NCBI GenBank assembly: GCA_046757525.1
Contig: JBHHYI010000077.1
Coordinates: forward strand, 1-19,418
Length of the DNA stretch: 19,418 nucleotides
Reading direction: 5' to 3'
Source: a bacterium
GTDB lineage: Bacteria; Zhuqueibacterota; Zhuqueibacteria; Oceanimicrobiales; Oceanimicrobiaceae
Below, piece after piece: positions 9,105 through 15,831 of this stretch (position 1 is its first letter; every line of letters starts with the position of its first letter). A model generated the notes under the pieces. It worked only from the letters and a program-made list of their open reading frames with translations, was not told where the DNA came from and made no database searches. A program made the translations under genes and the position numbers.

Positions 9105-10274
9105 TCAAGCGACCTGCCGCAGCCCGTCTACGATTCTCATCTGCGTTGCCCGGATGGTGGGGAATATGGCCGCGGTGACCCCAACCAGGAATGCAGCCAC
9201 CAGGGAAAGCACCACCGTGCTTTTCGACAACTCAAATATGGGAAAAAAGCTGCCAAAATTCTCGGTCAGAAACTGGCCGAATGCTCGCGTGAAGAAAATG
9301 GTCAGAAAAATGCCGATGATGCCGCCCGACAGTGCAATAACGGCGGACTCTCCCATGATCAAGCCGATCAGGTGCTTGGGCCGAAACCCCAGCGTTTTCA
9401 AAACCGCATATTCGGAGATGCGTTCGCGCGCGGTCATGGCCATGGTGTTCGCTAAGACCAGAAGAATGATGGCGATCACCACAACCGAGATAAATCGCAC
9501 GGCGTTTATAATGGTGCCGGCCATGGCGATGAAGCTCATCTGAAACTCCTGCTCGGTTTCGGTCCTGGTCTCCGCCCGCGAATTCTCGAACAGCGCGTCG
9601 ATTTTCTCTGACACCTCCACCACATCCTCCGGACGTGCTACCTGGACGTAGTAGTTGTTAACAAAGCTGGCGCGTCCCGGCGCTGACTGCTGCAAGCGCT
9701 CGTCCAGGTGTTTCCAGTGAAAATACATGCTGGTTTCGTCGGTGGCTTTTTCGGCGCCATGGTAGATGCCTCTGATGACAAAATCCCAGTCGCCCGGAAA
9801 AATCGTGCCCTTGAGCCGGAAGGTGTCGCCTAATTTCCAACCGTATTTGTTGGCCAGCTTGATCCCAACGATGCAGGCATTTCTTTCTTTCAGAAAGTTC
9901 TCTTTCTCCGTTTCAGACAACACGTATTCGGGATACATCTTCAAGAATGATTCCGGTTCCACGGCGAACTGGGCGAAGAAATTCTCTCGTTTAATGTAAA
10001 CGCCACCAAACCACTGACCGTACGACACGCCGGTGACGCCCGGTACCTGAGCAATCTTGTCTTTGTAGGCCACCGGCAACGGGAACGTCAAAGAGACCGC
10101 ATTGCGGGTAATCAAGCGGGTCTTGGAGGTCGCTTCGACGCCGGTGTACCAGGCCCCGATGATGGTGCGCAGGAGCCCAAAGGCGAGGACGGCCACGGCA
10201 ATGCCCAGCGCGGTGAGAGCGGAACGCAGCTTGTGCCGCATGGCGTTTTTAGCAATCAGCTTCAGTACTTTCAT
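9105..10274 (-). CDS. ABC transporter permease, MacB-PCD/FtsX family
   Basis: 389 aa; KNAMRHKLRSALT + TM1, periplasmic domain, NTMAMTARERISEYAVLKTLGF, three C-terminal TMs; GAGGG RBS. Confidence 0.9.
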   Translation of the reverse strand: MKVLKLIAKNAMRHKLRSALTALGIAVAVLAFGLLRTIIGAWYTGVEATSKTRLITRNAVSLTFPLPVAYKDKIAQVPGVTGVSYGQWFGGVYIKRENFFAQFAVEPESFLKMYPEYVLSETEKENFLKERNACIVGIKLANKYGWKLGDTFRLKGTIFPGDWDFVIRGIYHGAEKATDETSMYFHWKHLDERLQQSAPGRASFVNNYYVQVARPEDVVEVSEKIDALFENSRAETRTETEQEFQMSFIAMAGTIINAVRFISVVVIAIILLVLANTMAMTARERISEYAVLKTLGFRPKHLIGLIMGESAVIALSGGIIGIFLTIFFTRAFGQFLTENFGSFFPIFELSKSTVVLSLVAAFLVGVTAAIFPTIRATQMRIVDGLRQVA

Positions 10275-10353
10275 GGAATTCCCTCGAAATCCTCAATGTC
10301 CTGTTACGCCTTTCATAGCGATCGGAAATCGTTTTGGCCGCGCATCCACCTCC

Positions 10354-10524
10354 GGCCCATATCTTTTGGCGTCGACCTAAGAGATTTTATCTATCAAGAA
10401 TGTTATTCTGAGGTTCAAATTTCTACCAAAATTCTTTTTAGATTAAGGAATGTACTGTCATTTCGACCCGGCAGCCGCCTGACTCGAAATGACAATTTTG
10501 GGCTTAAGTTGACACCCATGGGCC
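10354..10524. mobile_element. MITE-like element with imperfect terminal inverted repeats and an internal REP-like hairpin
   Basis: Left TGGCGTCGACCTAAG (10367-10381) vs right CTTAAGTTGACACCCATG (10503-10520); flanking GGCCCAT/ATGGGCC; internal 11-bp stem TGTCATTTCGA (10456-10466) / TCGAAATGACA (10484-10494). Confidence 0.55.
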
Positions 10525-10547
10525 TATGCCGGAGAACACCCACGCGT

Positions 10548-11225
10548 TCAATCCTCCAAAACCCCCTTTTCCAGATGCCGGCTCACGTGCGCTTTTTCGG
10601 CGGCACGCGGGTCGTGGGTCACCATGATGATCGTTTTCTGGAATTCGGCATTTAAACGTTCCAACAGAGTCAGTATGTCTTCTGCCGAATGTTTGTCCAG
10701 GTCGCCGGTAGGTTCGTCGGCCACGATGATGGTGGGATCGGTAACGATGGCGCGGGCAATGGCCACGCGCTGTTCCTCGCCGCCGGAGAGCTGGCGCGGG
10801 TAGTGCTTCACGCGGTCGCTCAAACCCACCACGTCCAGAGCGGCCATTACATGCTCGCGGCGTTCCTTCCTGGAGAGTTTGGTGAGCAGCAGCGGCAGTT
10901 CAACGTTCTCGAACGCAGTCAACACGGGCATCAAATTGTAGAACTGAAAAACAAAGCCCACATGCCGCGCCCGCCATTCGGCCAACTGCGATTCTGTCAG
11001 ATCGACCACGTTGGTGTTGGCCACGTTGATGGTGCCGGAATCGGGTTTGTCGATGCCTGCGATCAGATTCAACAGCGTCGTCTTGCCGGAGCCGGATGGG
11101 CCCATCAAAGCCAGGAATTCTCCCTCCGGAACCGTGAAGGAAATATTCTCCAGCACCGGAATCTTCTGGCTGTCGCGACTGTATGATTTGGTTACCTCCC
11201 GAACATCCACAATGACATCGGCCAT
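10548..11225 (-). CDS. ABC transporter ATP-binding protein (LolD/MacB-like)
   Basis: Walker [42 protein letters not shown]. Confidence 0.92.
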   Translation of the reverse strand: MADVIVDVREVTKSYSRDSQKIPVLENISFTVPEGEFLALMGPSGSGKTTLLNLIAGIDKPDSGTINVANTNVVDLTESQLAEWRARHVGFVFQFYNLMPVLTAFENVELPLLLTKLSRKERREHVMAALDVVGLSDRVKHYPRQLSGGEEQRVAIARAIVTDPTIIVADEPTGDLDKHSAEDILTLLERLNAEFQKTIIMVTHDPRAAEKAHVSRHLEKGVLED

Positions 11226-11269
11226 TTAGGTTTCCCTCCAATGAAACAAGCGCGGCAAAGCCACAAGCG

Positions 11270-11350
11270 AATAGAACATGGAATTCGCGGACAGTTCCAC
11301 TCGGGCTGATCCGTTCGGATCAGTCAAATCCGTACAATCCGCGTTCCATT
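11270..11350. repeat. Imperfect palindromic intergenic element with internal hairpin
   Basis: Outer arms ATAGAACATGGAATTCGCGGA / TCCGTACAATCCGCGTTCCAT; inner hairpin CTGATCCG-tt-CGGATCAG. Confidence 0.45.
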
Positions 11351-11461
11351 TTTTTTGCACCTAACGAATGTGCGAAAAAATTCTGCCGTTTTCAACCCTT
11401 ATTGCAGATAAATGCATACGGTCAGTCGCCGCTGAAGCCAGCCGCACCTGGCCGGGAGCCT

Positions 11462-12925
11462 CTATTCTGCCTTTTCCATAAAAGGTTTCCATTTTTCCTC
11501 GGGTGAAGGTGTGGTGAGCAAACTAACCACAATTAAACAAACGATTGAGGCGGCGCCAGCCGGGTAAATGATGTAGTCATATTCCCAGTTGGTGACCCCC
11601 ATGGAATTGAGCAAGCCGAAGACAAAGGTCACCAACATGCCAGCAGCAACGGAGCTTACCCCGCCGGCTGGGGTCACACGCTTCCAGAGGAAGGCTGCCA
11701 ACAGCGCGGGCGTTATGGACGCGCCGACCATGGTGTAAGCGTACAAAGCCATGGCCAGGATGCTGGTAAAAAATGATGCCACAACATAGGCGACGCCCGC
11801 CAGCACCACGATCATGAGTCGTTGGAAAAGAATGATTTTGGCTTCGCTGACTTCAGGGTTGATGAAGCGCTGGTAAATGTCGCGAGCCAGGTTGGTTGAA
11901 GGCACCATGAGGAAGGTGTTGGCCGTGGAAAAGATAATGGCCACGGCCCCGGCCAACAGCAAGCAGCCGGCCAGCACGGGCAAATTGTGGCGCGCGAGCT
12001 GCAAAAGAATGGTCTCGGTATTGCCTTTTTGCACGACTGAAAAAGTGCCGTCTGCACCCGCAAATTGCAGGTCATGCCAGTAAACGCCGCTGCCAAACAC
12101 AGAGGTGGCTGCCAGCACCGTTTCGATGACAATCACGCCGACGATCATGCCCACGACGGCCTTACGGGCAGTGTGGGCATCTTTAGCAGAAAAGAACTTC
12201 TGGTACATGCTGCTCTCGCCCAGCAGCAAAAAGAAAGTGGGTAGAAACAATCCGATGGCGGGTGCCACACCCAAACGGCCAAACAGGCTAAAATGGGTGG
12301 TCGGCACCGTCGCGCGCAGCGCGTGCCAGCCGCCGGCAGCGGAAAGGGCGAAAGGCGCTGCGATCAGAACGCTGCCGGTAATCATGATTCCGTTGACCAG
12401 GTCCAGGGAAACGATGGACTTCATGCCTGCCAGGACGGTAAAAATTACGACCAAAGAGGCGATGATGGCCTGTCCCGTCGTGGGCTCCAGGCCGGGGAAC
12501 AGGATACTGAGCAGGCGTCCGCCACCGATGAACTGGTAGCTGGCGATGGTCAAATAGGCGATGATGATGGCCACTGTGCCCAGCATGCGGGCAGCCGGAT
12601 GGTAGCGCGTCTCCAAAATATCGGGCACTGTGTACTGCGCAATCTTGCGTACCCGTCCGGCAAGAAAATAGACGATGGCAATCCCAACCCAGGCCCCGGC
12701 GCTGAGCCACAGGGCTGAAAAGCCCTCGCGGAAAGCCCGGCCGGCGCCGCCGAACAAGCTGCCGGAGCCGATCCAGGTACACACCAATGTTCCAGCCAAA
12801 AAGAACCACGGCACGGTCCGGCCGGCCACCATGAAGTCATCCTGGGTCTTTACGGCTCGACTCTTGTAGATACTGATTCCAACGAGGAGCGCCAGATAGG
12901 CCGCCACAGCCACGATATAAATCAT
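11462..12925 (-). CDS. Sodium:solute symporter (SSS/SLC5, PutP/PanF-like), substrate unknown
   Basis: DDFMVAGR, TWIGSGSLFGGAG, TVPDILETRY, AIIFSTANT..STNLARDIY; about 13 TMs. Start moved from GTG 12934 to ATG 12925 because GGAGGG (12934-12939) abuts the GTG but is well spaced for the ATG. Confidence 0.9.
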   Translation of the reverse strand: MIYIVAVAAYLALLVGISIYKSRAVKTQDDFMVAGRTVPWFFLAGTLVCTWIGSGSLFGGAGRAFREGFSALWLSAGAWVGIAIVYFLAGRVRKIAQYTVPDILETRYHPAARMLGTVAIIIAYLTIASYQFIGGGRLLSILFPGLEPTTGQAIIASLVVIFTVLAGMKSIVSLDLVNGIMITGSVLIAAPFALSAAGGWHALRATVPTTHFSLFGRLGVAPAIGLFLPTFFLLLGESSMYQKFFSAKDAHTARKAVVGMIVGVIVIETVLAATSVFGSGVYWHDLQFAGADGTFSVVQKGNTETILLQLARHNLPVLAGCLLLAGAVAIIFSTANTFLMVPSTNLARDIYQRFINPEVSEAKIILFQRLMIVVLAGVAYVVASFFTSILAMALYAYTMVGASITPALLAAFLWKRVTPAGGVSSVAAGMLVTFVFGLLNSMGVTNWEYDYIIYPAGAASIVCLIVVSLLTTPSPEEKWKPFMEKAE

Positions 12926-12955
12926 AATTGCCACCCTCCGTTCTGCTTCTGCTTG

Positions 12956-13245
12956 GTCAAAAGTTTCTGTTCAAATATGGAGTCACTGATGTACACCGAG
13001 CCTGGCATGAAGATGCGTTCCGAGCAGCGATGCCAACGAGAAGATTCTCTCGCCATCTTCGCTTTGACCGACGAACCGCCGCCCTGGAGTGCTGAAGCCC
13101 TGCTTCAGCCGTTGAAAGGTTCCAAGGCACAAGCGCGGCTTGCGCACTCCAAAGCCGGCTCAATACCGAACGTTTCGCTGGAGCCGACTGCTTGCACTGT
13201 TGTCAGCATTTCCCTCCCACGTTTCACAAAACTTTTGACACTACG
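12956..13245. mobile_element. About 290-bp MITE-like element with terminal inverted repeats and flanking direct repeats
   Basis: TIR GTCAAAAGTTT (12956-12966) / AAACTTTTGAC (13229-13239); direct repeats TCTGCTTCTG(C/T)TTG at 12942-12955 and 13246-13259; second copy at 1-231; internal palindrome TGGAGTGC (13085-13092) / GCACTCCA (13144-13151). Confidence 0.75.
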
Positions 13246-13278
13246 TCTGCTTCTGTTTGTATTGATTGACCTGTAAGA

Positions 13279-13289
13279 TTGTCAGACAA
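13279..13289. promoter_or_regulatory. Candidate GntR-family operator TTGTCAGACAA
   Basis: Perfect 5-1-5 palindrome overlapping the -10/TSS region of the minus-strand promoter; resembles the GTC-N-GAC core of FadR-subfamily GntR boxes. Confidence 0.45.
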
Positions 13290-13316
13290 CATAAAAAATC
13301 TAAGTTTAACTTTCAA
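13288..13316 (-). promoter_or_regulatory. Sigma70-type promoter for the symporter
   Basis: Minus strand TTGAAA, 17-nt spacer, TATGTT. Confidence 0.6.
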
Positions 13317-13595
13317 CTGAATTCTGAGTCCAATGAGAAGATGAGGCCACACCGTTCGAGACCCTGGTAACCTGAGAGTCCCCGCAACGGGGATTCGGTG
13401 CTTTGCAGGTCGGACACGTCCAAGCCAGCCCTGTCATGCAGGAAGCATCTTGTTACAGGTCAGGCACGGTGCAGCCAGCGGACAGGATTCCTCCTGAATG
13501 ACACGGGAGGCTGTAATAAAAGACGGCGACAGCACGGCGCTTCCTAAGAAAGCGCCGTGCACATTGTGCACGCTTCTAAATGAAAGGAATATACT

Positions 13596-13887
13596 CGCAA
13601 TCGAGACGATTGCGTTACGAAGAGCACTGTGCGAGTCATCCCGAGTAGGTCGCTGCTGTTCAAGCGACCGTATCGAGGGGTGACGGGCTTCGATACAAAA
13701 TCCCCCTTTTTGAAGGGGGACGGTTTTTGAAGCGTCCAGCGAGAAAACCAGGGGGATTTTAGGAGGCGTCCTGAAATCCCAAGCCAAAGATGCTGCTGAC
13801 CAGACATCCCTCTGATTTTCGCTCTGGATGAGCGAACATCTGTCTCCCTTCAAAGGGAGAATTGCCTCTGCAATCGAGACGATTGCG
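13596..13887. repeat. Cluster of REP-like palindromes bounded by two identical 18-mers
   Basis: GCAATCGAGACGATTGCG at 13597-13614 and 13870-13887; between them GTCATCCC..GGGGTGAC (13635-13684), AAAATCCCCCT/AGGGGGATTTT (13697-13760) and TCTCCCTT..AAGGGAGA (13843-13860). Confidence 0.7.
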
Positions 13888-14011
13888 GTACGTACAAAAG
13901 AGCGTTTCCAAAAAGCTTCCAGCGGAGGCCGGTGTTTCGGCGGCTTTGCGCGCGGGCTATGCCTTTTTGCTTTCGGCTTGTCCAGGTCAGGTCAAACCGC
14001 AACCAATTAGT

Positions 14012-14028
14012 TTGGCATACCGTTTGCG
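14012..14028 (+). promoter_or_regulatory. Sigma54 (RpoN) -24/-12 promoter
   Basis: TTGGCATACCGTTTGCG: GG at 14014-14015, 10 nt, GC at 14026-14027, matching YTGGCAY-N5-TTGC; predicted TSS near 14039, upstream of RBS AGAGGGA and ATG 14075. Confidence 0.7.
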
Positions 14029-14074
14029 AGCTAACATGGCCAAAAACCAATCAAACGCAGAGGGATTTTTCGGG

Positions 14075-15670
14075 ATGGAGCTGACATTATCGAAGCGGAT
14101 ACTTACACTGGTCATGCTAAGTTTTTTATTTTCTTTCTCTTATTCGACGAACGCGGCGGCTGAATCGGTTACCCTTTCCTGGGACCCAAACACGGAGAGC
14201 GATTTGAGTGGTTACAAGGTTTATTACGGAACTGAATCTCGCAACTACAATACCGTAATTGACATCGGCAATGGGACTTCGTACAAAATCAACAATTTGG
14301 CAAGCGGCAAAACCTATTATTTTGCGTTAACCGCCTATGATTTTTCCAACAATGAGAGCGGCTTTTCAGTAGAGGTTTCTTATTCGACCAGTCAGGTAGA
14401 CACCAATCCGCCTGAATTGGTGGCGGTCGTGGCCATGGGGGAAACGCAAATCGACGTTATTTTTTCTGAGCCGATGGAACAGACCTCCACAGAGACGAGC
14501 AGTAACTACTCGATCAGCAACAGTGTGCAGGTGGTGGGCGCGATTCAGGACCAGAACCCGACCGTGGTGCACTTGATCACCACGACGCACCAAAGAGGCA
14601 TCACGTATGTCATCTCCGTCAGCAATGTCAAGGACTTAGCTGGCAATTCCATCGCTGCTGGGAGCGCGCTGAGTTACAGTTTGACCATTCCTGACCAGGA
14701 CACCGTCCCCCCGGAATTGCTGTACGTGGCTGCCATCGATGAAGCGAACCTGGATGTCATTTTCAGCGAGTCGCTGGACAGCACCTCGGCGCAAAATGTG
14801 GCCAACTACTCGATCAGCAACGGCGTGGCGGTTTTGCAAGCCAGACTGGATGCGAATCTGTCCATCGTCCATTTGACCACCACGGAGCATCAACGAGATG
14901 TGACTTACTCTCTAACCGTGAGCAACATTCTCGACTTGGCCACAACACCCAACGTGATCAAAGCTAACAGCACCCTGAGCTACATGCTGCCATCCCTGGG
15001 CGCGGTTGATGCCACGCCACCCCAGTTGGTGTCGGTGGAGATTCACGGTTTTACCCAACTGGATGTTAACTTCAGCGAGCCGGTTGAGAAGGCCTCTGCT
15101 GAAGACGAAAACAACTACTTAATCAACAACAGTATAGACGTGCTGGGAGCCGTTTTGGACGCCAATGAAACAGTCGTACACTTGATTACCTCTGCCCACC
15201 AGAATGGGGTGGAATATGCCCTACGTGTGGAAAATGTGCGGGATCAAGCACCAGTGCCTAACGTGATAGCTTTGAACAGCGCCATAAGTTATACCTTCAC
15301 CTCCAATGACGATGTGCCAGATGACCCGCCAGATGCCGGCAGTCAAAGTCCATCGACTTTCATGCTCTTTCAGAATTATCCGAATCCCTTTAATCCCGAC
15401 ACCGAAATCCGATTCTTCCTGGATGAAAATCGGGAGGTCTCTATCAAGATTTACAACTTGATCGGCCAATTGGTCAAGACGCTGGTGCAAGAAACCATGA
15501 CGCCTGGTTTTCATACCACCCTTTGGGACGGGACCAGCAATGACGGCAAACCCGTGCCCAGCGGCGTCTACATTTATGCGCTGGAAATCAAACGAGAAGT
15601 TCACAATGGGGACCTGCTGGTTAATTTGGCCCTCGATCGCCGGGTCAAGAAGATGACCCTCATTCGATAA
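14075..15670 (+). CDS. Secreted protein: signal peptide, fibronectin type III domain, three Ig-like repeats, FlgD-Ig/T9SS type A CTD-like tail
   Basis: Signal peptide ending NAAA; FN3 VTLSWDPNTESDLSGYKVYYG..TYYFALTAYD..NES; three about 100-aa DT/AxPP..D-V-x-FSE..NY repeats; LFQNYPNPFNPDTEI..WDG..SGVYIY..KKMTLIR. The ORF-track start 13862 lies in repeat DNA upstream of the promoter; ATG 14075 (531 aa) has an RBS. Confidence 0.85.
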   Translation: MELTLSKRILTLVMLSFLFSFSYSTNAAAESVTLSWDPNTESDLSGYKVYYGTESRNYNTVIDIGNGTSYKINNLASGKTYYFALTAYDFSNNESGFSVEVSYSTSQVDTNPPELVAVVAMGETQIDVIFSEPMEQTSTETSSNYSISNSVQVVGAIQDQNPTVVHLITTTHQRGITYVISVSNVKDLAGNSIAAGSALSYSLTIPDQDTVPPELLYVAAIDEANLDVIFSESLDSTSAQNVANYSISNGVAVLQARLDANLSIVHLTTTEHQRDVTYSLTVSNILDLATTPNVIKANSTLSYMLPSLGAVDATPPQLVSVEIHGFTQLDVNFSEPVEKASAEDENNYLINNSIDVLGAVLDANETVVHLITSAHQNGVEYALRVENVRDQAPVPNVIALNSAISYTFTSNDDVPDDPPDAGSQSPSTFMLFQNYPNPFNPDTEIRFFLDENREVSIKIYNLIGQLVKTLVQETMTPGFHTTLWDGTSNDGKPVPSGVYIYALEIKREVHNGDLLVNLALDRRVKKMTLIR

Positions 15671-15696
15671 AATGTTTTTCTTCCTCCCTCGTAGAG

Positions 15697-15737
15697 AGGC
15701 CGGGGTGATTTTACATCGTCCCGGCCTTTATTATTTT
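15697..15737 (+). terminator. Intrinsic terminator candidate
   Basis: AGGCCGGG..CCCGGCCT stem (15697-15727) followed by TTATTATTTT, 26 nt after the stop codon. Confidence 0.65.
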
Positions 15738-15753
15738 AATTCTGAAATATATG

Positions 15754-15782
15754 TTGACTGTTCTTGTTTAATTCCGTATATT
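15754..15782 (+). promoter_or_regulatory. Sigma70-type promoter for the polysaccharide export genes
   Basis: TTGACT, 17-nt spacer, TATATT; same hexamers as the promoter at 4426. Confidence 0.7.
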
Positions 15783-15831
15783 GCGAAGCTATAAATGGAA
15801 TAAGCATAAGAGGTTAGAACTAAGTGTTAGG

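Noticed and set aside
10233..10655. 140-aa plus-strand ORF
   Set aside because: Reads through a MITE-like element and overlaps both flanking genes antisense.
13330..13410. SAM-I or cobalamin riboswitch, or hammerhead ribozyme
   Set aside because: Only fragments match (GGTAACC..GGTGCT, CCCGCAAC, GATGAG..CGAGAC). The SAM-I ATCxAGAG and kink-turn, the cobalamin GGGAA..GGTG and B12 box, and the hammerhead CTGATGA/GAAAC core are missing.
13455..13478. SRP (4.5S) RNA core
   Set aside because: CAGGTCAGG..GCAGCC resembles it, but the GGAA tetraloop and AGCAG motif are absent and no long enclosing helix is evident.
13434..13853. 139-aa and overlapping short ORFs in the 13.4-14.05 kb spacer
   Set aside because: They run through stacked palindromic repeats and have no protein-like features.
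13862..14074. 71-aa N-terminal extension of the FN3/Ig protein given by the ORF track
   Set aside because: Spans repeat DNA and the sigma54 promoter; the signal peptide and RBS fit ATG 14075.
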